A stretch of 64,000 nt of DNA from Clostridia bacterium. Lineage in GTDB: Bacteria > Bacillota > Clostridia > CAKSNL01 > HGM11501. The stretch is from contig JBGVKY010000026.1 of the NCBI GenBank assembly GCA_045123995.1, positions 73,600 through 137,599 on the forward strand. The letters are read 5' to 3'. Made by a program: the position numbers and the translations under genes. Of this stretch, positions 28,445 through 38,445 are shown in pieces. The stretch's first letter is position 1, and the number at the start of each line of letters is the position of its first letter. The notes under the pieces are model-generated. The model was not told the origin of the DNA. It saw only the letters and a program-made list of their open reading frames with translations, and did not search any database.

Positions 28445-29935
28445 ATGATTTTTAAAAGCATTAAAAAATTAGTTACTTATGGTCTTGAGAAAGGTTTAAT
28501 AAAAAAGGAAGACGAAATTTTCATCATAAATCAGTTAATAGCAGAACTTAATCTTGATTTTTATAATGACTGCGATGAAACATTTTCCAATATAAATTTA
28601 GAGGAAACTCTGAAAGAATTGTGTGATTATGCCGTTAATGAAAAAATCATTGATGACGGAATAGTTTCTAAAGACCTTTTTGATACGAAATTAATGGGTA
28701 TTTTAACTCCAAGACCGTCAGAAGTTATAAATAAATTTAAAGAGGCTTATTTGGTTTCCCCCAAGGAAGCAACAGATTTTTACTATAAATTCAGCCGTGA
28801 TACAGATTATATAAGAACTTACAGGGTAAAGAAGGACTTGAAATGGGTGACCGAAAGCTCATACGGAGATATAGATATAACAATAAATTTATCTAAGCCT
28901 GAAAAAGACCCAAAAGCCATTGCCTTAGCTAAAACGGAAAAGCAGACAGGCTATCCTAAATGTCAACTTTGCAAAGAAAGCGAAGGATATAGAGGAAGAA
29001 TGGATTTTCCCGCAAGAGAAAACCACAGAATTATACCTATAACAATTAACAATAAACCATGGTGCTTTCAGTATTCACCCTATGTTTATTACAATGAACA
29101 TTGCATAGTGTTTAATAAAGACCATACACCTATGGCGATAAATAAGGAAACATTTGAAAAGCTTTTGAGCTTTGTTGAACAATTTCCTCACTATTTCTTG
29201 GGTTCCAACGCTGACCTTCCGATAGTAGGAGGTTCGATTTTGAGTCATGACCATTTTCAGGGAGGAAACTATGAATTTGCAATGGCTAAAGCTCCTATAG
29301 AAAAGGAAATAGAGTTTGTTGGCTTCAGCGATATAACTGCAGGCGTAGTAAAGTGGCCTATGTCTACCATAAGAATTAAAGGAAAAGACAAAGTAAGGCT
29401 TTGTCTTTTGGCTGATAAAATATTGAAATCCTGGATTGGTTATACCGACGAAGATGCGTTTATAATTGCAGAAACAAACGGAGAAAGACATAATACTATA
29501 ACGCCTATTGCCAGAATGAGAGACGGATTTTTCGAGCTTGATTTAGTTTTAAGAAATAATATTACTACAGAAGAACACCCTATGGGAGTTTATCATCCAC
29601 ATAAGGAACTGCACAATATCAAAAAAGAAAATATAGGTTTAATTGAAGTTATGGGACTTGCTGTACTTCCGTCACGCCTCAAAGAAGAATTGAAGCTTTT
29701 GGGAGAGGCTTTGGCAGAGAATATAGATTTTGCAAACGACGAAAGAATCTCAAAGCATAAAGAATGGTCAGATAACTTCAGGGATAAATATACTTTTACA
29801 AAGGACAATGCAGAAGATATATTAAAAGATGAAGTAGGAAAGACATTCGTAAAGGTTTTAGAGCATGCAGGTGTTTATAAATGTACAAAAGAGGGAAGAT
29901 GTGCGTTTGACAGATTTATAAATTCTGTAAAATAA
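28445..29935 (+). CDS. galT: UDP-glucose--hexose-1-phosphate uridylyltransferase (long Gram-positive type GalT)
   Basis: About 496 aa with ILSHDHFQGG and CQLC/CFQYSPYVYYNEHCIVF motifs. Confidence 0.8.
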   Translation: MIFKSIKKLVTYGLEKGLIKKEDEIFIINQLIAELNLDFYNDCDETFSNINLEETLKELCDYAVNEKIIDDGIVSKDLFDTKLMGILTPRPSEVINKFKEAYLVSPKEATDFYYKFSRDTDYIRTYRVKKDLKWVTESSYGDIDITINLSKPEKDPKAIALAKTEKQTGYPKCQLCKESEGYRGRMDFPARENHRIIPITINNKPWCFQYSPYVYYNEHCIVFNKDHTPMAINKETFEKLLSFVEQFPHYFLGSNADLPIVGGSILSHDHFQGGNYEFAMAKAPIEKEIEFVGFSDITAGVVKWPMSTIRIKGKDKVRLCLLADKILKSWIGYTDEDAFIIAETNGERHNTITPIARMRDGFFELDLVLRNNITTEEHPMGVYHPHKELHNIKKENIGLIEVMGLAVLPSRLKEELKLLGEALAENIDFANDERISKHKEWSDNFRDKYTFTKDNAEDILKDEVGKTFVKVLEHAGVYKCTKEGRCAFDRFINSVK

Positions 29936-29957
29936 ATTAAATCTAAGAGGTAAGGGT

Positions 29958-31028
29958 ATGAAGATTATACATACTGCCGATTTTCATTTAGACTCGGCGA
30001 TGAAAACCAATTTATCAAAAGAAGATGCAAAAACAAGAAAAAATGAAATACTGAATACCTTCGAAAGAATGGTTGATTTCGCCGTCAAAAATGAAGTTAA
30101 AGTTATTTTGATAGCAGGGGATCTGTTCGATACAAAAGCTGTAACTAGAAAGACAAAAAATGTTATTACCGACTGCATAGAAAGAAATCCTCACATTGAT
30201 TTTCTTTACCTAAAAGGAAATCACGACAAAGAGGTTTCTTTATATGAAGAAGAAATGCCTTCAAATCTTAAACTTTTTTCTGATGAATGGACAACTTACA
30301 GCTACGGTGACTTAAAGATTACAGGCGCCAATCTTACAGGCAATACAACTTTGTATAATTCTTTGTTACTTAATAGCTCAGATATTAATATTGTAGTTTT
30401 ACATGGACAGGAAACGAAATATGTAGGCAAGGATAAAACCGAGGCTGTAAATATACCCTTACTTAAAAATCGTTTTATAGATTATCTCGCATTAGGGCAC
30501 ATTCACACCTACAAGGAAGATTTAATTGATAACAGAGGAAGATGGGTTTATTCGGGTTGTCCTGATGGAAGAGGCTATGATGAATGCGGAGTTAAAGGTT
30601 TTGTTTTGATTGACGTAAAAGACGGTATTTTGACTCACGAATTTATTGAGTTTCAGAGCCGTTTGATAACTGAAGTGCCTGTTGATATATCACATTGTCT
30701 TAAGACCACAGAAGTTGATGCAGCTGTTGCCAAGGAGCTTCGAAAGATTGATAAAGATAATTTAGTCAAGGTTAAACTCACGGGTAAAGTATCTGTTGAC
30801 GCAAATTATGATATATCCTATATGGAAGATAAATATAAAAACGATTTCTTCGCTTTCAAAATTGACGGAGATGATGTGGGACTTAAGTTCGATATTGAAG
30901 ATTATAAATATTCTTCATCCCTTAAAGGAGAATTTATAAGAACCGTATTATCTGAGGATTATACCGAGGAAGAAAAAAGAGCAGTAATTGAACTTGGGAT
31001 CCGTGCTCTTTCAGGAGAGGAGATCTGA
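29958..31028 (+). CDS. Metallophosphoesterase, SbcD/Mre11-like nuclease (YhaO-like)
   Basis: DFHLD, GDLFD and GNHD calcineurin-like motifs. Confidence 0.8.
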   Translation: MKIIHTADFHLDSAMKTNLSKEDAKTRKNEILNTFERMVDFAVKNEVKVILIAGDLFDTKAVTRKTKNVITDCIERNPHIDFLYLKGNHDKEVSLYEEEMPSNLKLFSDEWTTYSYGDLKITGANLTGNTTLYNSLLLNSSDINIVVLHGQETKYVGKDKTEAVNIPLLKNRFIDYLALGHIHTYKEDLIDNRGRWVYSGCPDGRGYDECGVKGFVLIDVKDGILTHEFIEFQSRLITEVPVDISHCLKTTEVDAAVAKELRKIDKDNLVKVKLTGKVSVDANYDISYMEDKYKNDFFAFKIDGDDVGLKFDIEDYKYSSSLKGEFIRTVLSEDYTEEEKRAVIELGIRALSGEEI

Positions 31029-31029
31029 C

Positions 31030-33447
31030 ATGAAATTAAAAGAATGTTTTGTGGAAAATTTCGGCAAGCTCCATCACTATAAAATGGAATTTACAGATGG
31101 CCTTAATATCCTTCTCGAAGAAAACGGATTTGGTAAAACCACTTTAGCAGCATTTATAGAAGCTGTTTTTTATGGCCTTGATTCCGGAAGAGGAAAAGAA
31201 AGCAACAGAAAGAAATATGACCCGTGGCAGGGAGGACGCTTCGGCGGAAGTGTTGTTTTTTCCATCGGGGATAAAAACTATCGTTTGGAACGTTTTTTCG
31301 GCAAAAAAGAAAAAGAGGATACATTCACTCTTTATAATAACGATACAGGCCTTATTTCTAAAGACTACACAGAAAACATCGGAACGGAACTTTTCGGCAT
31401 TGACAAAGAATCTTATGAAAAAAGCGCATTTATCCCTCAGGGCAAGGTGGAAGCAGACCTTTCGAAAACAGGTGATATAAATGCCAGACTTTCTGATTTA
31501 TTAGAAAGTGAAAATGATTTAGCTTCTTTTGAGGATGCAATAAAGGCAATTATTGATGCAAAAAATAAATTCAAAAGAACAGGTGGAATAATTAAAACTT
31601 TAGAAAACAGTATAAGCTCTTTGGAGGATGAAATAAAAAAGGCCGAGGAACTTATTGGAATTCAGGAAGATATCAAAAACTACATTTCAGAAAAAAGAAA
31701 AAATAAAAAGAGCGTTCAATTAAATATAGAAAAGGCCCATTCCGACCTGCAGAAAAAAGAGAAGATTGCTTTTTATGAAAATCTCAAAAAAGATGTAGAA
31801 CTGTCCGAGAAGAGGATAGAGGCTTTATTGGCTGAAGTTAAAAAAATTCCTGAAGAAAAAGAACTTTCTGAAATCAGGATAAATACAGAAAACTATAAAA
31901 GCGTTTTAGCCATATACAATTCAAAAAAACTCACTTTTGAAGAAGAGGAGACTTTAAGGGAGCTAAAAGGTGAACTTGGAGAAAAAATTCTTCTGCCCGA
32001 CGAGGTAGGAGAGATAAAGACTCTTTTTTCTAAGTATCATACGTTGAAAGAACTGGTAACCTCGGCTGATTTAACAGACGAGGAAGATAAAAAGCTTTCC
32101 GCTCTTATTTCTTTGTTCGAAAGAAGTAAACCCGAAGAAGAGCTTAATGAAATTCTTTGCGAAGCAAAAAAATGCGAAGAAGGCGGAAGAAATAAGAAGT
32201 TTATACCTCTCATAACAGGGCTTCTCGTTATTTTTGCAGGAATTGTGCCTTTGCTAATGAATAAAGCCATATTCTCTGTACCTTTCTTTATAATTGGAGC
32301 AAGTTTCTTATTTATTTCTGTATTAAAAAATAAAATAGCAACGAAAAAAAACAAAGAATTCGATAGCAAAGTTAAAGCTTTCTTCAAAAAATACGATATT
32401 TCTTATACCGGTGACATACAGTTTTCTGCCAGAGAATTGAAAGAAAAGACAGAAGAGTATTTTACACTTTCAAACAAAAGAAATCAGGCTGATTCCTATA
32501 AGAAAAATGCCGAACTTTTATCTCAGGAAGATAAAATCAGGGAAAAAGCAAAATGTTTTTTTGCCGGATTTGAAAGTGTAGATGAGGCGGAAAGAGAATT
32601 TAATGACTTGATAAAAAAGTCAGGACTCTTATATAATTTAATAAATAAAATTAAAGAGTTGGAATTAGGCAAAGGTCAGATTGATACAGCGCTTGTTAAA
32701 TTAAAGGATTTAACGGACGAATACACTGACAAAGAGCCGGAAACGGCTTATGAATACCTATCTGCCCTCAAAGTAAAAAAAGACAGAGAAGAGGAAGTTT
32801 TGGAAGAAAAAAAAGCTAAGCTTAAGGAGTTTTTAAAGGAAAACGGCGTTTTAGAAATAGAAAACAAAGAAGAAATAAGTAAATCTCAGCTCGAAGCATT
32901 GAATGAAAGTTTAGAATTACTGGATGAAGAAATTATATCTTCCGAAAAACGCCTTATGGACATGGCAACCAAAACAGATTTGCTTCCTGAGCTCATTGAG
33001 GAGAAAGACGCTCTTGACGACAAGCTCAATTTAGCTAAAAAGAAATTATCCATTACAGAAAAAGCTGAAGAGGCTTTAAGTAAGGCAAAAGAAAATCTGG
33101 CCATTAAGTATCTGGGGCCGCTTACGGAAAATTTCGAAAAGTATAAAAAGCTTCTCCTGGCACCCGGTGATGCAAAATTAGATACAGAACTTAACGTAGG
33201 CGTTGTGGAAGCAGGGGAAAAACATTCTTCTGCAAGTTATAGTGCGGGAATAAGGGATATTTTGGCTTTAGCGCTACGGTTTTCACTTATAGAATCTCTT
33301 TTTGAAAATGAAAAACCCCTTGTAATTTTAGATGATCCTTTTGTAAATCTTGATGAAGAAAGGATAAGAGAAGCTAAAAAAGCTCTGGAAATTCTTTCCG
33401 AAGAATATCAGATTTTGTATTTTATCTGCCACGAAAGCCGAAAATAA
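31030..33447 (+). CDS. SbcC/Rad50-like AAA ATPase with long coiled coil and an internal TM hairpin (YhaN-like)
   Basis: ATG at 31030 after AGGAGAGGAG. N-terminal Walker A GFGKTT, C-terminal signature/D-loop ILDDPFVNLD. Two hydrophobic helices around residues 400-445. Confidence 0.75.
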   Translation: MKLKECFVENFGKLHHYKMEFTDGLNILLEENGFGKTTLAAFIEAVFYGLDSGRGKESNRKKYDPWQGGRFGGSVVFSIGDKNYRLERFFGKKEKEDTFTLYNNDTGLISKDYTENIGTELFGIDKESYEKSAFIPQGKVEADLSKTGDINARLSDLLESENDLASFEDAIKAIIDAKNKFKRTGGIIKTLENSISSLEDEIKKAEELIGIQEDIKNYISEKRKNKKSVQLNIEKAHSDLQKKEKIAFYENLKKDVELSEKRIEALLAEVKKIPEEKELSEIRINTENYKSVLAIYNSKKLTFEEEETLRELKGELGEKILLPDEVGEIKTLFSKYHTLKELVTSADLTDEEDKKLSALISLFERSKPEEELNEILCEAKKCEEGGRNKKFIPLITGLLVIFAGIVPLLMNKAIFSVPFFIIGASFLFISVLKNKIATKKNKEFDSKVKAFFKKYDISYTGDIQFSARELKEKTEEYFTLSNKRNQADSYKKNAELLSQEDKIREKAKCFFAGFESVDEAEREFNDLIKKSGLLYNLINKIKELELGKGQIDTALVKLKDLTDEYTDKEPETAYEYLSALKVKKDREEEVLEEKKAKLKEFLKENGVLEIENKEEISKSQLEALNESLELLDEEIISSEKRLMDMATKTDLLPELIEEKDALDDKLNLAKKKLSITEKAEEALSKAKENLAIKYLGPLTENFEKYKKLLLAPGDAKLDTELNVGVVEAGEKHSSASYSAGIRDILALALRFSLIESLFENEKPLVILDDPFVNLDEERIREAKKALEILSEEYQILYFICHESRK

Positions 33448-33456
33448 GAGGTAAAT

Positions 33457-34128
33457 ATGGAACTTTTATATTCAGACAAATATATGGTTATTTGCATAAA
33501 AGAGCCCGGGATTTTATCTCAGGGAGATGAAAAAGGCGGAGAAAACATGATTTCGCTGCTTAAAAATGAATCGGATGGGGACATTTATCCGGTACATCGT
33601 TTGGACAGGAATGTAGGAGGGGTAATGGTCTTTGCAAAAACAAAGGAAGCAGCTAAAAAACTGTCTGAAATCATATCAGATAAGGAGAAATTCACTAAAG
33701 AATATCTTGCAATAGTACATGGAGAAACCGAAAAATCAGGAACATATAAAGACTTAATATATAAAAGTGCCCGTGAAAGCAAGGCTTTTGTAGTAAAAAA
33801 AGAAAGAAAAGGCGTAAAAGAAGGAGTTTTGGAATTCACCCGTATAAATACAAAAGAAACTCCTTCGGGCATTTACAGCCTTTTGAAGGTGAAGCTGCAC
33901 ACAGGAAGATTCCACCAGATAAGAGTTCGATTTGCATCCAGAAAACATCCGCTGGCAGGAGACGGAAAGTATGGCAGTCGTGACAATAAGTGCGATGTGG
34001 CTCTCTGGTCGTATAAAATAGGCTTTATGCATCCTGAAACTAAAGAGGAATTAAAATTCATATCATTACCTTGTGTGGAGTCCTACCCATGGGATTTATT
34101 TCGAGATAATTTAATTGAGTCAAAATAG
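33457..34128 (+). CDS. RluA-family pseudouridine synthase (no S4 domain)
   Basis: HRLDRNVGGVMVFAKT catalytic Asp motif. Confidence 0.8.
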   Translation: MELLYSDKYMVICIKEPGILSQGDEKGGENMISLLKNESDGDIYPVHRLDRNVGGVMVFAKTKEAAKKLSEIISDKEKFTKEYLAIVHGETEKSGTYKDLIYKSARESKAFVVKKERKGVKEGVLEFTRINTKETPSGIYSLLKVKLHTGRFHQIRVRFASRKHPLAGDGKYGSRDNKCDVALWSYKIGFMHPETKEELKFISLPCVESYPWDLFRDNLIESK

Positions 34129-34158
34129 CAATATATTTATATAAAATAGCAATATATT
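34122..34158 (+). promoter_or_regulatory. Two perfect 16-bp direct repeats AAAATAGCAATATATT with 21-bp spacing, abutting the -35 of the downstream promoter (TTTACT ... TATAAT, about 34163-34192)
   Basis: Read from sequence. The first repeat overlaps the rluA-family stop codon. Confidence 0.55.
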
Positions 34159-34221
34159 CCATTTACTTTAAGTTTTTTTGTTATATAATGAAATCATCCT
34201 AATTACGAAAGGGTGTATATA

Positions 34222-35259
34222 ATGAAAGATAAGTTAAGACTTGGTATTATCGGGGCTTGTGGATTTGGTGAATTCCATCTGGATGGTATTTCCAGAATTC
34301 ACAATGCAGAAGTTGTGGCGATTTGCGATTTAAAGGAAGAATATGCTCAGCATGTCATGAAAAGATATCGCATAGAAAGTTTCTACAAAGACTATAAGGA
34401 ACTTCTTGCAAGAGAAGATATTGATGCGGTAACACTTCCTCTTCCTGACCAGTTACATAAGCAGATTACAATCGATGCTTTAAGAGCAGGAAAGCACGTT
34501 CTTTGCGAAAAGCCCATGGCTTTAAATCTTGAAGACTGCAAAGAAATGATTAAAGTTGCAGAAGAATGCGGCAAGAAACTTATGGTAGGACAGGTAGGAA
34601 GATATACTCCTTCTGTTGTAGAAGTTAAGAAGCTTTTAGATGCCAACGAAATTGGCGAGATATTCATGATTGAATCCGAATATTCCCATGACTATTCAAA
34701 GGTCAGAGGAGCAAATGACTGGAGAGTTGTTCCTGAAAGAGAACCAATCATCGGTGGAGGATGCCATTCAGTTGACTTAATCCGTATACTTGTAGGTGAT
34801 CCCGAAGAAGTATTTGCTTATGCGAACAATAAATCACTCACAGACTGGCCTATACACGACTGCACAATGGCTCTTATGAAGTTCCCCTCAGGTATAATAG
34901 GTAAGGTTACAACCACAATAGGTTGCAAGAGAAGATATGCTCACCGTACAATGATATATGGAACAAAAGGAACAATCGAGTTTGATAACACTTCACCTAC
35001 AATTACACTTTTCAAAGAAAAGTTTACGGATGAAGGCTCCTTAAATAAATACAGCCAGCAGACATTGGAAATCAAAATCCCTGTTTCCATCAACAATCAC
35101 AATCTGGGCGGTGAAGTAGAAGATTTCTGCAATAGTATAATTAACGATACTCCTATACTCTGCACAGGTTTAGAGGGTGCAAAGACAGTTTCTGTTTGCG
35201 AAGCTATTGTTAAATCTTTCAAATCAGGCGAAAAAGTTAAAGTTGATTACAATATATAA
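34222..35259 (+). CDS. Gfo/Idh/MocA-family NAD(P)-dependent oxidoreductase
   Basis: LRLGIIGACGFGEFH Rossmann start and EKP motif. ATG 34222 after AAAGGGTG. Confidence 0.8.
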   Translation: MKDKLRLGIIGACGFGEFHLDGISRIHNAEVVAICDLKEEYAQHVMKRYRIESFYKDYKELLAREDIDAVTLPLPDQLHKQITIDALRAGKHVLCEKPMALNLEDCKEMIKVAEECGKKLMVGQVGRYTPSVVEVKKLLDANEIGEIFMIESEYSHDYSKVRGANDWRVVPEREPIIGGGCHSVDLIRILVGDPEEVFAYANNKSLTDWPIHDCTMALMKFPSGIIGKVTTTIGCKRRYAHRTMIYGTKGTIEFDNTSPTITLFKEKFTDEGSLNKYSQQTLEIKIPVSINNHNLGGEVEDFCNSIINDTPILCTGLEGAKTVSVCEAIVKSFKSGEKVKVDYNI

Positions 35260-35265
35260 AAAAAT

Positions 35266-35305
35266 AAAACCCTTGCAATGCAAGGGTTTTATTTTTTATT
35301 TTTCT
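35266..35305. terminator. Bidirectional terminator
   Basis: AAAACCCTTGCAATGCAAGGGTTTT flanked by A and T runs. Confidence 0.8.
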
Positions 35306-36591
35306 TTTATGATTTCTGTGCCGCCCATATAGGGTCTTAATGCAGCCGGGATTTTTATGCTGTATTTTTCTCCGTCGAAGAGCAAGTTGTTTTCAAGGAA
35401 TGCTATAAGCATTCTGGGAGGAGCAACCACAGTATTATTAAGAGTATGAGCAAGATACTTTCTGCCGTCTGCTCCTTTAACTCTTATGCCGAGTCTTCTT
35501 GCCTGAGCATCTCCTAAGTTAGAGCAAGAGCAAACTTCAAAGTATTTCTGCTGCTTGGGACTCCAGGCTTCAACGTCATAGGACTTAACCTTAAGATCAG
35601 CAAGGTCGCCTGTACAGCACTCTAAAGTACGAACAGGAATGTCCAAAGAACGGAAAAGCTCTACAGAATAGCTCCACATTTTGTTAAACCAATCCATGCT
35701 CTCTTCAGGTTTGCATATAACAATCATTTCCTGTTTTTCAAACTGGTGTATTCTGTAAATACCACGTTCTTCAATACCGTGAGCACCCTTTTCTTTTCTG
35801 AAGCAGGGAGAATAACTTGTAAGAGTTAAAGGCAAGATTGCCTCATCGTTAATTGTATCAATGAATTTTCCTATCATTGAGTGTTCGCTTGTACCGATTA
35901 AGTATAAATCTTCACCTTCGATTTTATACATCATTGCATCCATTTCTTCAAAGCTCATAACACCGGTTACAACGTTGCTTCTAATCATGTAGGGAGGGAT
36001 GCAATAGGTAAAGCCTTTATTTATCATAAAATCTCTTGCATAAGCTAAAACAGCACTGTGAAGTCTTGCAATATCACCCATAAGATAGTAAAAGCCTTCA
36101 CCGGCAACCTTGCCTGCAGCTTCTTTATCGATACCATTAAATTTAGCCATTATATCTGTGTGATAGGGTATTTCAAAAGAAGGAACGCTTTTTTCGCCAA
36201 ACTGCTCAACCTCTACGTTTTCGGCATCGTCTTTTCCTACGGGAACAGAAGGGTCAACGATATTGGGAATTTTCATCATGACTTCTTTGAGTTCTGCTTC
36301 TAAGGAAACTTCCTTTTCTTCAAGAGCCTTAAGCTCTTCTGCCTGAGCGTTAACCTGAGCTTTGATTTCTTCAGCTTCATCTTTTTTTCCTTGACCTATA
36401 AGCATACCGATCTGCTTACTTAATGTGTTTCTGTTTGAACGAAGGGAAGAGGCCTTGGTGTTTGCGGCACATTTTTCATCATACAGACGAATTGCTTCAT
36501 CTACTAAAGGAAGCTTTGCATCCTTGAATTTCTTTTTAATATTTTCCTTTACAATATCGGGATTTTCTTTGACGAATTTAATATCTAACAT
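35296..36591 (-). CDS. serS: Seryl-tRNA synthetase
   Basis: MLDIKFVKENPD start and class II motifs. ATG 36591 after AGAGAGGA. Confidence 0.9.
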   Translation of the reverse strand: MLDIKFVKENPDIVKENIKKKFKDAKLPLVDEAIRLYDEKCAANTKASSLRSNRNTLSKQIGMLIGQGKKDEAEEIKAQVNAQAEELKALEEKEVSLEAELKEVMMKIPNIVDPSVPVGKDDAENVEVEQFGEKSVPSFEIPYHTDIMAKFNGIDKEAAGKVAGEGFYYLMGDIARLHSAVLAYARDFMINKGFTYCIPPYMIRSNVVTGVMSFEEMDAMMYKIEGEDLYLIGTSEHSMIGKFIDTINDEAILPLTLTSYSPCFRKEKGAHGIEERGIYRIHQFEKQEMIVICKPEESMDWFNKMWSYSVELFRSLDIPVRTLECCTGDLADLKVKSYDVEAWSPKQQKYFEVCSCSNLGDAQARRLGIRVKGADGRKYLAHTLNNTVVAPPRMLIAFLENNLLFDGEKYSIKIPAALRPYMGGTEIIKEK

Positions 36592-36623
36592 ATGAATTCC
36601 TCTCTTTATAATGTAATAAATAA

Positions 36624-36652
36624 ATTTTACATCAAAAAGCATTAAATGTCAA
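36624..36652 (-). promoter_or_regulatory. Sigma-A promoter for serS (TTGACA-N17-TAAAAT on the minus strand)
   Basis: Read from sequence. Gives a 5' UTR of about 26 nt. Confidence 0.5.
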
Positions 36653-36690
36653 TATTTAGGCGGTTTTTATTTTACTAAATCCGTTTTTTA

Positions 36691-36719
36691 TTGACATAAG
36701 AACAGTATTTAGATATAAT
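36691..36719 (+). promoter_or_regulatory. Sigma-A promoter TTGACA-N17-TATAAT for the ABC exporter
   Basis: Read from sequence. Confidence 0.6.
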
Positions 36720-36756
36720 TAAAGTATGCTAAGTAGTACTATTTTTGAGGTGAGTT

Positions 36757-38421
36757 ATGAATAACGATAAATTTAACAGAGGAGTATTATCCTGGCTATT
36801 TAATAAAATAAAAACGCAGAAACTCGGCATAATTTTTTTAACTATTATAGGTGTTGCAGTTTCGCTTTTATCTGTTTACAGAGCTTTCTGTTACAGAGAG
36901 ATAATTGATTTAATCAAGCCTGTTTCTGAAGGGCTTAAGCAGGACGAAATTACAAAATGGATTATTACTTTTATCATCATTGTAATTTTATCTATTATTT
37001 TAAGTCTTTTATCCAATTACATCAAAGAATATTCTCTTATAACACTACTTAATAAAATCAGAAAAGAAATAATCACTTCAGTTTATAAAAAAGATTACGG
37101 TAAAATCTCGGAATTTCATTCAGGAGATATATTAAACAGAGTATTCAGTGACGCAAGAATTGTATCCAATAACGCAATAAGCTTGGCACCTTCATTTTTC
37201 GCCTTAACTGTAAGGCTTTTGGGCTCTTTTGTATTTATGTATATGATTAGTCCCGGAATATCTTTGATTTTGCTTTTTGCAGGGCTTATATTAAGCGGAC
37301 TTTCTCTACTTTTTAAGAAGAAGGCTAAAAAATTACATAAAGAAACACAAAAAGCCGAAGGCGATGTAAGAGCGGTATTTCAGGAGCAAACCACAGGACT
37401 TCTGATGATAAAAGTTTTTTCTGCGGAAAAGCAAATGGAAGAAAAGGCAGATAGTGTACAGTCTATCTATAAAAAGAAGCATCTTCATCAGAAGCTTTTT
37501 TCATGCCTTTTGGGATTTATTCATCTCGCTGCTTATAATTTCGCACTGGTAATTGTTTTCTTATACAGCATTTATGCTATAATGAACGGAGCTATGGGAT
37601 ACGGTTCGTTGACAGCCATGCTGCAACTGGCAAACAGCATACAGAGCTCATTGAATGAAATAGGAGGAATATTGCCCAGAATCTATTCCACAACAGCATC
37701 CGGTGAAAGAATTATTGAAATCCTTGAACTGCAAGAGGAAAAAGAGCAGAATCTTCCAAATAACGATTTTGAAAAAATCACTTTTGATAAGGTTTGTTTC
37801 AATTACGGAAGAAAAGACATACTTAAAGATTTATCTTTTTCTTTTAAGAAGAATGAGATTATCGGAATACAAGGTCCATCCGGCATAGGTAAAAGTACCA
37901 TTCTTCTGCTTTTGCTTGGCATTTATAATCCTTTATCAGGAAAAATCTCTCTTATAAATAAAGACACAGAAACAGAAATATGCAAGGATACAAGAAAGCT
38001 TTTTTCTTATATTCCGCAGGGAAATTTGCTTTTTTCCGGAACAATAAAAGAAAACATTCTTTTTGCAAAAGAAAAAGCCACTGAAAAGGAGATTAAAAAT
38101 GCTCTTGCGGCATCCTGCGCAGACGATTTTATAAAGGATTTACCATTAGGAACAGATACTTTGATAGGGGAGGGAGGCTTAGGTCTTTCTGAAGGGCAGC
38201 AACAAAGAATAGCCATTGCAAGAGCCATTGTTTCTGATTCTGAAATTATGCTTTTTGACGAAGCTACAAGTGCTCTTGATGAAGCTACAGAAAGCAAGCT
38301 CATAGAAAATCTCAAAGGAATAAATAAGACTTGCGTTATTGTAACTCACAGAAAGTCAGCCTTGAGCATTTGCGATTCCTCATATATCTTAACCGAAGAT
38401 GGCTTTGACAAAGTAAAATAA
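36757..38421 (+). CDS. ABC exporter, fused permease-ATPase (ABCB type)
   Basis: 6-TM N-terminal domain. Walker A GPSGIGKST, LSEGQQQRIAIARA and Walker B LFDEATSALD. Confidence 0.85.
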   Translation: MNNDKFNRGVLSWLFNKIKTQKLGIIFLTIIGVAVSLLSVYRAFCYREIIDLIKPVSEGLKQDEITKWIITFIIIVILSIILSLLSNYIKEYSLITLLNKIRKEIITSVYKKDYGKISEFHSGDILNRVFSDARIVSNNAISLAPSFFALTVRLLGSFVFMYMISPGISLILLFAGLILSGLSLLFKKKAKKLHKETQKAEGDVRAVFQEQTTGLLMIKVFSAEKQMEEKADSVQSIYKKKHLHQKLFSCLLGFIHLAAYNFALVIVFLYSIYAIMNGAMGYGSLTAMLQLANSIQSSLNEIGGILPRIYSTTASGERIIEILELQEEKEQNLPNNDFEKITFDKVCFNYGRKDILKDLSFSFKKNEIIGIQGPSGIGKSTILLLLLGIYNPLSGKISLINKDTETEICKDTRKLFSYIPQGNLLFSGTIKENILFAKEKATEKEIKNALAASCADDFIKDLPLGTDTLIGEGGLGLSEGQQQRIAIARAIVSDSEIMLFDEATSALDEATESKLIENLKGINKTCVIVTHRKSALSICDSSYILTEDGFDKVK

Positions 38422-38445
38422 TCATTATGAGTTAGGGGACAGTTT

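Noticed and set aside
29958-33447. SbcCD-like pair as an anti-phage defense system
   Set aside because: The architecture matches the conserved Firmicutes YhaO/YhaN housekeeping pair and sits among core genes
36592-36756. T-box leader for serS
   Set aside because: The intergenic region is too short and no specifier-loop or T-box motif is visible
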